Shown: piece after piece, positions 51,301 to 62,783 of the stretch
Numbering within the stretch: position 1 is the first letter of the stretch
How the letters are laid out: each line of letters begins with the position of its first letter
Source: Macrostomum lignano
Taxonomy: Eukaryota
Reading direction: 5' to 3'
DNA length: 64,000 bases
Assembly (NCBI GenBank): GCA_002269645.1
Contig: NIVC01000887.1
Location: forward strand, 62,001-126,000
Position numbers and translations under genes: made by a program
Notes under the pieces: model-generated
Seen by the model: the letters and a program-made list of their open reading frames with translations, nothing else
Databases searched by the model: none
What the model was told of the DNA's origin: nothing

Positions 51301-53529
51301 CATGCTGGTGCCAATCTTGGAGAGGAATTTGCAGCCTACCTGATTGCCCTGCGGGATTTGTTTCAAGGGAACTCACACCAAGCATTTTTGTCCAGCAGCA
51401 GCAGCAGCCGAGTGCTGATCCAAATGGAACTCACTACAACTGACATAATGCGACTGCCCAATTGCACTTTGCTGGCCGTAGCGGAAACCGCGCTCTGGAG
51501 AAGCATCGCCCATGTTCCTCACCCTACAATATTGAGGTCTCGATCACCTCGGTGGTCTTGACGATGTAGGATGCATCTTCATAGACATGTCATTGAACCT
51601 GGAATGCTATGCTGCATCTCAAAAGGCTGGCTAATGTTTTTTCAAGGGTTTAGTGCGGCGAGACTCCAAGTCTGATAGATAACCCAATGTCAGCCAGCGT
51701 ACGCCAACTTGATACAAGCAAACGAGCTTCACGGTAGTTGCCAATTGGTCTTGCCTTATTTTTTAGGCCTTACATTTTTAAAACATCGAACATTGCAAGA
51801 ATGCATTTCAAAAACAAAGAAGGAACGTTTTGTATTTTCTCTATCAGTATGTATATTTATCTATACATTGCTGTTACGTACATTACCTAAACACGCTATA
51901 TTATAAATATTCTTTGAGAGTCAAATCAAAACAGTTTAAAAGTTCACATTTCAGATCTTTACATGAGAGAATATAAGTCTTTTCTTGTTATTTACTCAGA
52001 TGAAAGTGAAGTTCTTAACTTTAGGAGTTAATGCGCATATTAAAGACGATGCCCGCAAAAACGAAGGCTGTAGCGCGTCAGCCAGCAAGCAGTTGAAGAA
52101 CTTCAGTCACTCATCTCGAAGGCAGTGCGCAGTAGATTAGCCCCTAGGCTGTCGGTTGATGTCATCTGGTTAGTAGCTAGAGCACAGCCATCTTCTGTAT
52201 GCTGACAACCAAACCAATTGCCACCACAAAAGCAACCAGCCTGCCAAAGCTCTAAGGGTGGCGAGCTAGGTTGCACTGAGACGCAACATAAGTGGGTATA
52301 GGACATGGAATGCCATAATGCCTGTTATTAGATTAGACAAACATGAAGCATTGTTGGCCTGTACGGGCTCAGAATGCAGGCAGGAGACCAGGCAAGCGGT
52401 AGTTCAGGCATGGTATTGGCAGCTGAAACAAAGTATGTTGAAATAAAAGGCATTGATTATGATTACTTTTATCTATAACTTTTCATAAACAATCAATTTC
52501 AAAAGTCAATAAACATAATGATTTTCCTATACATTTGTTCTTGCAATCTTTAAAGATGCCAATAATACATTTATATTGAAGAAATTATGATATTTTTAAA
52601 TAAACAATGTCAAAAATGTGTCCAATGACTTTTTAGTTTTAACTCTAGTAAAAATATTGGTATCGGCTATCTAGCTTATTGCTCAACATATATTTTTAGC
52701 ATCAAACAAAGGTGGTGCAATACATGTACAAAGTCTTACTGCAAGCATTTTGTTTGTATAAGAACTAAATCTAAGGTGTTAGAGAGCTTTTGTCAGCAGT
52801 AGCAGTTGTGCAACTAGCGTTATTTTTTGAGAGAAAAGCTAATAGCTTTTAGTAATTAAAATAAATTTTATGATTAAAAGTTAAATGCTCTGCTTTAAGT
52901 AATAAAAATGCATACTTGTAATTCTAGGCCATCATATATTTATAAAAAACATTGAGACAAGAATAATTCTTCTATTTACTTCTCTGAGGCAGTATGCATG
53001 CAGGTCGTCAATGTCATTACATAATTCGAATGCAAAATGGTATGCAGCACTCAAAAGTAAAAACAGGAAATGGATGAAACAACTGTCTATATGTTTTCAG
53101 TATATTTCAAGCAGCGCCTTTAAGTCGAATATTTTTTATTTTGTTTTTGCACCTTGAATGTAAATGCCAATGGCAACGATGACATTACCAGTGTGTTGTG
53201 TTGCGTGCAGTGTTTTTAAAAAACCACTTTCTTTTAAGCATAAAATAGTTGCCTAAGTTAAATAATTTCCGCGCGTGCCTATCAGAAGAAATATTAAAAA
53301 GAATCCAAAACCTCCGAGCTATATTCTAAAGAAAATTTGTATTCATTAGTAAATTACAGTCAGATTTCAATTTTTGTACAGTATTAAAATTTTTGTGCAA
53401 AAATATTTGTTCGAAATGAAACCTCTGAAAAACCTCAAAACCTCCGAAACCTCTCGATGAGAATTAGCCTTTTCACGAAGTCTACTCCGGAATCGGAGTA
53501 AATTCCGATTCCAGAACCAGATTCGCTAG

Positions 53530-54383
53530 GGGTGCGTTCGAGTGACTTAAAATGACTTAAACTGCCATTTTAACGTCCTTAGTAAAACAAATGTTAAGCA
53601 GACTAAATGTAAAAATAATCTAGGTAAATGATAGTCAAATAACAATTAAGAATTAATTCAATTTCTAAAACCGGTCTAAGATTAAAAAACGTCACCTATA
53701 CTTCTTCCAACTCAACCTGAACGCCTAGGCACCGTTTTAACTTCGCTCGCAATTACCACATTTAATCGTAATTGAATATTTTGTATTCTTCACCTTTGTT
53801 CTATCATTTGCTTTCACGTCTTTTTGCTCACTTCGCTGCCCGTCAAAATAGTCTTTGAATAATTGCTTAGTAAACTATAACATGAAGTTCACTCAGATAC
53901 TATATTGAAGAATAAGAACCAAGCTGAAAAAGTACAAAACTCCAATAGAAAAATAATAACAGTAGCAACAATAATAGTGACTATATTCCAAGTCCAAATA
54001 AACTACTATGTAATAAAAATTAATAAATAAACAATATTAGTACTAAGCAATTATTCAAAGACTATAATGACGGGCAGCGAACTGAGCAAAAGGACGTGAA
54101 AGCAAATGATAGAACAAAGGTGAAGAATACAAAATATTCAATTACGATTAAATGTGGTAATTGCGAGCGAAGTTAAAACGGTGCCTAGGCGTTCAGGTTG
54201 AGTTGGAAGAAGTATAGGTGACGTTTTTTAATCTTAGACCGGTTTTAGAAATTGAATTAATTCTTAATTGTAATTTGACTATCATTTACCTAGATTATTT
54301 TTACATTTAGTCTGCTTAACATTTGTTTTACTAAGGACGTTAAAATGGCAGTTTAAGTCATTTTAAGTCACTCGAACGCACCC
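53530..54383. mobile_element. Foldback Tourist/Harbinger-type MITE (854 bp, two 343-bp arms)
   Basis: GGGTGCGTTCGAGTGAC...GTCACTCGAACGCACCC; arms 53530-53872 and 54041-54383 are near-perfect inverted copies; 3-bp TSD TAG. Confidence 0.9.
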
Positions 54384-54623
54384 TAGGAAAATGAAAAGCA
54401 TCGAGTAAATTTTATTTTTTGTCAAAAATTATTTAACATTTTTAATATTTATTTTTTCTAAGATACTTATTTTTTTACCTTTTTTAGTCATTTGCTGAAA
54501 CCAATACGCTCAACATTTTATTAAAATGACTTGCTCAAAAATTTAAATCTCCAAGGCCTTGCGATCACGTCTGATATTAACTGCTCTGCACGTGTGCACT
54601 GAAATTATTATACAAGATTCGAA

Positions 54624-55354
54624 ATGACGCAAAGACAGTCTTATTCATTTTTAAAAGGCGATATTGTTGTGACAATTGAGGCTGCTTCTGAAGGAGATGC
54701 ACTGCAGTTTTTTACGCTTTGCGAGTTTTCGCACGATGAAGGTCAAACTACTATTAAGCAACCAAATGCTAATTTAGCTTTTGGGCGAATCACCAGTGCT
54801 ATCTATCTGCAAGCATCGGAGCCTTCTGTTGCCGGAGCTACAAATTCTCAAGCTAACAAAGACGACGTCACGGCCGAGTCTTATCAGCAGGACAAAAAGA
54901 ATGCCAAGGAATTAAACGAAAGAAAGGAAACTAAGTGTTTCCTAAACTGTACCATCAAACGAAAAAAAGATTTTGATAGCAAAGTTACAAAGAAGAAAGT
55001 GTTATGGAAACGAATCGAAGCTGATATGAAAGCAGAAGGATTCGGTTTAACTTCTGAGCAGTGTGAAAACAAGTACAAGGCTTTAAAGAGGAAGTTTTCT
55101 AATTTTAAGCTGCAGCAGGCAAAATCCGGTGCTGGAAAAAAAGACATAGATTTCGAAGAAGAACTCCAAGAACTGTTTGGAAGTCATGCAGAAGTGATGC
55201 CAACATTTCTTCTCACTGCTAATGTATGCCACAGGCCTCAAATGAAGATTTCTACAGCTGGACCAGAGGAAAGCATGCAGCAAGAGATAGGCCTAGAAGA
55301 ACCTCAGGCTAAGGCTACAACAGCAAGAAAGTCCATGACCAGAAGTCCAAGCAG
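54624..55354 (+). CDS. Harbinger Myb/SANT-like (trihelix) DNA-binding protein exon 1
   Basis: KKKVLWKRIEADMKAEGFGLTSEQCENKYKALKRKF...FEEELQELFG; donor AG|GTAAGT. Confidence 0.88.
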
Positions 55355-55450
55355 GTAAGTAGAATGCTAATGCATTCTACTAATGCTAATGCATTCTACT
55401 GCATTCTAATGCAATTTTGTCCTAGAAGCCCCCTCATGCATTCTACTCAG

Positions 55451-55640
55451 GTACGAAAGTCCAAACAAGGCCACCAAGAAGCTAACATCAGAACATTTAT
55501 GCGAGACCATCATTTCAAAGTTGGACCAGGCCAGTAAAGAACGGGAAGAAATGAAACAGATGCTACAAAAACAGCATGAAGAAAGAATGGAAAGGCAGGA
55601 CAAATTCCTAGAGCTCTTTGCCAAAAGTTTGGACAAATAA
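55451..55640 (+). CDS. Harbinger Myb-like protein exon 2 (coiled coil); total 306 aa
   Basis: CTCAG|G; KEREEMKQMLQKQHEERMERQDKFLELF. 731+190 = 921 nt, in frame. Confidence 0.82.
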
Positions 55641-56291
55641 CTGCTTTGATAATTGTAACTGCTTTTCTTTACCATGTATATTAAATTCAGTTTTAGTTTT
55701 ATTAATATGATATTGTAGTTATGAAAAATGCATAATTAATAATAATAAGTAAAAAATCACAAAATGTGATGAGTAAGCACCTTTAAAAAGGAAGGAAAAG
55801 ATGATACATTAATAGCAAAAAGGGTAATTATTATATTAAAAAAATTACTAGATGAATGAATGATAATACATTAAAAGCATTAATTGATAATTAATAACAT
55901 TAAGTGTAAAGCCTCAAATTATTATTTTACCATAGCATAACAAAACTTGATTATAAATTTGTTGAAAAAGCTTAAAATATTGTTTGTATTTTTTTCAAAA
56001 ACTCAGTTTTCTTTTTGTCATTTTAATATTAATCAAACTTACATTTATTCTTGCACATGTTTTTTGTAAAAAAAATACTACCTACTTGCTAATCGCTATA
56101 CTAAATAAAATGCTTCAAACTGCTTGTTTTATACAGCTTTAAATTGAAAAAGTTTCATAATTTTTTACAATAAATAATATGACACACAAAAGTTGATAAA
56201 TTGGAAGTTGCAACTGATTCATTAGCACTTATTAAAAAATCAATAAATAGCAGTGAATACTTAACTACAGTATTCAAATAGAGTACAGAAG

Positions 56292-57118
56292 TTACTGAAA
56301 TGATTCTGCAATAGACCAACGTTTTTGCTGAGCAGTCTGATTTATCACATGCTGAACAAAGTGGTCTTCTTCATTCTCTTCAATATATTCAAGTAACACA
56401 TCAAATGGATCTTCATTCTTTAAAATACAGATGTTGTAGAGTGTACACGCAGCAGCAATAGTATAGCAGATGTCAGCAGGTTGGTGCTGATACACATAAC
56501 GTAAACGCCTGAACCTAGCCTTAAGCTGACCAAAGGCACGTTCTACTATTTGACGTGCTGCTGCCAACTGTCTGTTATAAAACTTTTGGACATTTGTTAG
56601 GTTTCCATTATCAATAAATGGAGTCATTAGGCCATTCTGAAGAGGATATGCACCATCACCAAGTAGATGTAATCCATACATTTGCTCTCCACTTGCAACC
56701 TGGTCCAATAATGGACTGTATTGAAAAATACGAGCGTCATGCATTCGTCCAGAACATCCAATGAAAACATCACTAAATACTAGGTTGGGCAATGCTACAG
56801 CCTGCAATGTGATTGCTTGTCGATACTTCCTAGTTGTATAGTCAGTAGATGCAATAGACATTTCAATGTGACAACCATCAATCGCACCTATAACACCAGG
56901 AAACCCATGGTGCTCCAATAGTTCTAGGGCACAATTAGATGCTTCCAAAAATGTTGGCCATTTAATAAATTCTTTTGATAAAGCTGGTACAATCTTTCGA
57001 GATATAGTATGCACAATTTGATTCATTTTTCCAATACTAATGTCATATAAGACTTCTAACTCAGACTGGTTGCATTGGTGTCCAATATAATCCAAGTATA
57101 CAAGTAGTTGCTTCTCAT
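56292..57118 (-). CDS. Harbinger transposase exon 2 (DDE domain); total 385 aa
   Basis: TTGCAG|AT; GAIDGCHI, LLGDGAYPL and IVERAFGQLKARFRRL, so the catalytic D-D-E is intact. 331+827 = 1158 nt, in frame. Confidence 0.92.
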
Positions 57119-57241
57119 CTGCAAAGCAAAAGACAAAATAAAAACATTACTTTAAATACTTTTACTATAATAAATGTTGTCTTAAAATATTGAGATTTAA
57201 TTTTAAGTAACAGATAGTAAGAAAATTTTAAGTAGACCTAC

Positions 57242-57572
57242 TTGATATTTTTTTGGTGTGCTCCTGCACTACAAACTGGCCATGCAAGTATAGCTCTTGC
57301 AGCAAAAATTCAAAAGAGCCACGGGTAAGTCTAAACCTTTGACGAAATTCATCAATGCTAAATAGTGGCACAACTTCAGAGACGAAATTTGGCACCTTTG
57401 ACTTTGTTTTTCCCTTTGTGGCCTCAATGTCTAATGCAAGAGTAGCAGCAGATGCAGCAATTGTTTTCTGAACGCAAGTGTCATTGTCATACTCTGTCAT
57501 TAGTAAATTGGCAGATTCGTCAGAGTCACTAAAGAAAAATTCTGCTGCCAAAAGTGCCAAGGAATTGTCCAT
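57242..57572 (-). CDS. Harbinger (HARBI1-like) transposase exon 1
   Basis: MDNS...DEFRQRFRLTRGSFEFLLQEL; donor A|GTAGGT. Confidence 0.82.
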
Positions 57573-59949
57573 TACTGTGCCTTTTAATAACTGTATAATA
57601 CTAACTGTATAAATACTAATTACTAACTGTTGCCTTTTGCTTAACAAAACTTGTAAAACGTCAAAACTTTTAACCGAAAAATATTTGAAGTTAAATTGAC
57701 TTTAAAAATTTTTCATTGTTTCTATAGAAATATGTAAACGAATCGAGAAATTTTGTCGAACCAAATTCCAGAACCGGAGTAAGGTTCCGGAACCGATTCT
57801 GAAAACGGAATCGGCAAAATGAAAAGTATCGAACCGGTTCTAAAAACGGAATCGGGAATATGAAAAGCCTAAATCACCCACACCCCAATGCCAAGGACGA
57901 CTTAAGTAGAAGGACGGGAAACCTCGTTTCTTAGAAAATTTTAGAAGGCAAAGTTTTCCCGAAAAAGATACACTACGGAGATGGAAGTTTTCATTTTTCA
58001 GCACAAAAATTGCTACTGCTTTTGATATGAGGCAGATCCAGTGTTCATCTTTTGATATGTTTTGCCTTTATCATTGCTCTATCGATATTCATAGAGCTTT
58101 TTGTTAAGAAAATTAGGATTCTATGTGATTTTTTTTATTTTAGGCCTATTGGAGTATTGACTTCAGTGCCACATTTGCCTTAGCCTCTGCCACAGCAGTC
58201 TTGACAGTCAACTCCTTAAAATCTTAGATTTGCAGCTTTGCTAGGGCCTATAATGACTTTATTATTCAATCTGCAAATAAATTCATCCTGGAGCTGTTCC
58301 TCCTTGTTGCTAAAAGCACACTTAGTTGACACTTTGAATAGCCTCTTATTGAATGCTTCAATGCTCTCTTTTGTGTTTTAGCATTTTAAAAGGTATATTA
58401 TTTAGACAAGACATGTTTTTTAGGCACAAGGATCTTCAGTGCCTTGCTGAACTCTTCAAAGGACATTGTAGGCCTACTCAATTATGTAAGAGCCAGATCA
58501 TCTGCCAATGTCATATAGATAGTAAACAAAGTCATAAACAAAATCTGCACCTTTTCTTCTTCTTTCCATTTGCAGGTGTTTTTGTAACTGTGAAATATTC
58601 TATCTATCCTAGTGTGACAAATAAAGGCGGGAAGATGTACGATTTGTGTAGTGGTTAAATTTAATAATCTAGAGCTAGTAGCCAACTTCCCTTGCCTTAG
58701 CTTAAATTGCAGATTTGGTATATTGAATTAAAGGTTAGGGTTGGATTGGTAGCTGCTTAATTTTAGTGCGACTAAAGCAATTGAATGCAACAGCTAAGGG
58801 GCCCACAAGAAGCAGAGCAAAAACCCAGGAGTGAAGGGAGAGAGCGGCAGCTGACTGTAAGCGTATATTTAATTGGTAAGGTAAACAGATAACAAACAAC
58901 AGCACCCCTAATCCAAAACCCAGACAAACCCCCCATGCGGCACGCAATGTACATGTACAAATTAATTGATAAATATATCATGCAAGAATAACATATGTTA
59001 GTACATGTACATAGGTAGAACTACTTTACGAGAAATAATAACAATATGAATGAAATACAAATAATAGAATAAATACATACAAGGCTATAAAAACAAAGCA
59101 ATTAACAGTAAAAATAGTGTGATAATAATATGTACAAATATTGTTAAAATAAATGTAAGAATACAATAGTAGTATGGTATGCATATGAAAATAAAGAAAT
59201 GCAATACACGCTTCTACGAATTACACGGTCACACTAGAAACAACTTTTCTTCCCCCCAGCTTTTCAATGTCAATCATGTTAAGCATGTTTTTTCTGAGCA
59301 TTGGCTGGTAAAATTGTATAGGGGCCTAGTTTGGCCTAATCCTTCTAGACTCAAAGGCAATAGCACTTTGTCATCCTTAGTCACTATCTTTGCTGCAGAC
59401 TTTGCTAGAGATTCTATCTTGGCTGCTAACTTTGCTTGAGATGCAAGTTTCTTAGGTGCTAATGTTGGTAGTAGACCTACCATCTTTTGGTCTCAGTTTT
59501 ATAACTTTTGCTATAATGCCACTGTTGTGTCTTACTCTTATTGACAAGTAGTGGAATAAGTCTCAAACTTAAGACATTAAATTAAAAACCAGCCAATAGT
59601 TGGCTATAGTCATAGAAAAGTATCTCTTCTAATCTTTCTTTTTTATTTTGGCATGCATTGCTTGCTCCTTTTAGACTGCTAAAGCATTCACTGCACTGCA
59701 CTAAGAGGCAAATTAATGTCTATGGATAATACTTAGCTTGGCTTATAGCCAGAGCAGATATAACTTAGCACATTAAAGATACTAGGCCAAGCATAGGTAG
59801 ATATGGAAAAACAAGTATCATGCCATGCAGCTTGCAGGTATAGCTAGATGAAAAGTTTTTCTGTTTTTCTACCTAGCAAATAATGGGAATTTGTGATTAT
59901 TGTGCATTATATATAGAGAGAATAAGAACATTTAAGATTTTAAAGTCCA

Positions 59950-61800
59950 TATACATCAAACCAAATTGCTTTAGATAGAAGTCAAAAAGCAAATAAGGAT
60001 CAATTAAAACCTTTTCCAAACCATAGCACTTCTTTTTCAATAATTTGGAGAGCAAATTGAAGATCTTTTCTATTGCCACTTTGCCACATGGCACTGTTTG
60101 AGCATTGGTAGCAGGCTTTTCTTGTAGTAGGTATTGCTCAATGTTATAAATGTGACATTAGAACTTGGTGAGATCTGGATCTTTAAAATGCCACTGTTGA
60201 ATGCTTTGATCAATTAGAAACAAGTGCCATTCTAGTAGGAGAGCATTATAATTTAAGAAAGACCCTTTAAGGAGAGCCTTTGCAACACCAGTTTGCAGTC
60301 TTCATTGCCAGAAAAATCTAGTTATAAAAAGCACATCTCTCAGAAGTGCATTGCTCAATGGCAAGGCATCTTTCAAACTGCTAGCTAAGCAGGCAAAGAA
60401 GGTTTTCACTCTAATAAATAATTCTTGCCTATTTGTTTGTGTAGCTTGCTGTAGTACAACTTGTATTCTATCATCTATAGACAGTTTGTCTTTGGGCAGC
60501 CAATGCATATGGTCAAAGGTCATTGTGCTAAGCCATCAAACATTATTCTTCATGCTGGCTCAGTCAAGGGAGAGAACTAGTACACTCTTGTACATTTAGC
60601 AGATTTCTGAGTATAATTCATCTTTCTTACTAGTATGAATTTTCAAACTTTTTCAAAGTCAGCAAAACAGGAAGCACAAATCTAGTTCAATCACCTTTTG
60701 ATGCAGAGTAGTATGCACTTCAACAACTTTCCCACTTCATAAGTGGTCTAGTCTCTGCCTAGGCTAGGCAATATTTCTAGGAAAGTCTTTAGTGCTATTA
60801 GCTGTTCTAGAACACAATTTATAATAGGCAGAATCTAAAGACACTTTATCTCAATGTGCCAAAGTACCTAGGTAATGATTTTGGGCCTCCATAAGAGACT
60901 GAACCTTCTTGTACAGAGTCCAGTATGATGTGAAGTGAAATAATTATATATAGCATTGCAGAAATCCTCCTATTGTTTGCCAAGCTTCTTGCAGGCATTG
61001 TGCAAAGCATTAATAACATGGTGTAACCAGTAGGTTGGATTTGGAAATAGATATAGAGCAATGTTCTGTATTAGCTTGTGGAAACCATTGTGCCACCTGT
61101 GGCTACCAATCATGATAGAAAGGCCATCTGACGTAGACAATTTTTTATCTTTAACTAATAGACAGTGTTTCAACAATGGCCTTTATTAGTGTCTTTGCAA
61201 ACTAAAATTGCACACATTGAGCACTGCTACAACTGGTCTGAGGTCTATTTCTATTTAGCTCAAGTACAAAGTCAGAAAAATTTAGATGGGGGATGCAGAT
61301 TATATTAAGGTACATATAAAAAAATTCAAACTATGGGGGCAGGGTGCACCCTGTGTGCCTTCCCCCTAAATCCACCATTGTCTTAGCTTTGCCAATGATT
61401 AGCTCAATGCTTTTTATTGAAAGTACCATAAGCTTCTTCTGCTTTATAGAAAAGAAAGTCAAAGTGATTTCAAAGAACTTAGGAGCATGATCATTAGATT
61501 TATCAACAGACAGGGAAAAAACAATATAACTCAAGTTGAGGTCCTAGATTAAGCCATTTTGAACATAAGGAGCAATTGCATTGTTGATGAGATAAGTCTT
61601 GGTGCACTCGGACTGAAAGCTAGATGCTATCTTCTTGTTTGGAAACATGTGTTAGAACATGTTGCTATGCTCAAAAGCTATTATTGTAGTGAACCCACTA
61701 GATCCAAGCTGTATAGACTTCTTGTATGCAATACACTAGGCTTGCATTAGGTCATTAGGATGCCACTGCAGCCATTCATTAATATGCTTGCTATCAATGC
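59950..61800 (-). pseudogene. Decayed hAT-superfamily transposase
   Basis: Fragments in correct order with stops and frameshifts: EWLQWHPND..A*C (N-terminal Zn-finger-like), FSLSVDKSND, SDGLSIMIG, LHHVINALHNA, LKDALPLSNALL, VPCGKVAIEKIF (dimerisation motif). Confidence 0.7.
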
Positions 61801-62783
61801 TTCTTTCTAGTCATTCTAGGTAAAACATTGTTGATTGTGGCTTTGCGAGTCATACATGTGATTTACACTAGATATGCAACTTACTTTTTGACCAAATTTT
61901 GGGTCATTTTGGGGCCTTTTTCATTACAGGTTTGCAGAAAATTACAAAAAAAAATTAACCTATTTCAGATTTTTCTTCTTTGTCTAGGGGCAAACTTTTT
62001 TAGAAATGGTAAAAAATACTAGAGCCATTACATTTTACATTGAAAAGGTAGAATGTGCATTTTTATGTCAAAATTTTTTATGTAATACAAATATAAATCT
62101 GAATATAAATATACCTGTAATAATATGCAAACATGTAAAAAATGTCATCTGTGATCTGTATTCCCTTGTGTCTATAAAAATGTGTACAACAGCAATTTTA
62201 TGCGACAAAATGATTATATCTATTTGATTCTTTATCTTTGGAGAAAATGGAATGGCTATTGCAAGGCCAAGAAATTTTTAAGCTGCAAAAAAACAACAAG
62301 AAACAAAAAAGAAATATTTCCTTTCCTTTTTATTTACTCGCCAAAGCTAAATAAACAGCAGAATAATTGAAACATACTGGGCTGTAAATCTAACAAATAT
62401 TAAGTTGAGCTGTGAAACAAAAATTAATGCATATTTGACATGGCTAAAATTTCTGCAGGTTTTGCTGAAAATGAAATATATTTCACAATTTCTGCATCCT
62501 GGGTGGGCAAATTTCTGCAGCAAGTGGCAGCACTGCTCTCCAGACTCCATGTCCATAAATTTGCATTGTGAAATGACTAGTCTGAATTTACTATTCAGTT
62601 CTGTCTGAAATTCAATAGTAGAATGCATTGCAATAAATGCTTGAATTCTTAGATAAAATGAAAAATTGCTGTATTGCAAAGGAAACTCAATTCTGGATTT
62701 CATATTTTTGCTCACTTTTAGCACTTAATTGATGCCTATCCATACAACCAACTCCCATATATGCATGTCCGATTGCCTTCCAG

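Larger units (their letters stand above)
53465..57871. mobile_element. PIF/Harbinger DNA transposon, apparently autonomous (Myb-like gene + transposase, convergent)
   Basis: TIR TAG(C/G)CTTTTCA at both ends; 3-bp TSD AAT (53462-53464, 57872-57874); subterminal CCGGAATCGG/CCGATTCC repeats. Confidence 0.9.
49515..57879. mobile_element. Mutator-like (MULE) non-autonomous element, ~3.95 kb plus a Harbinger insertion in its right TIR
   Basis: 214-bp TIRs (49515-49728; 53256-53464 + 57875-57879) starting GGGTGATTCTC; 9-bp TSD ACACCCCAA at 49506-49514 and 57880-57888. Confidence 0.85.
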
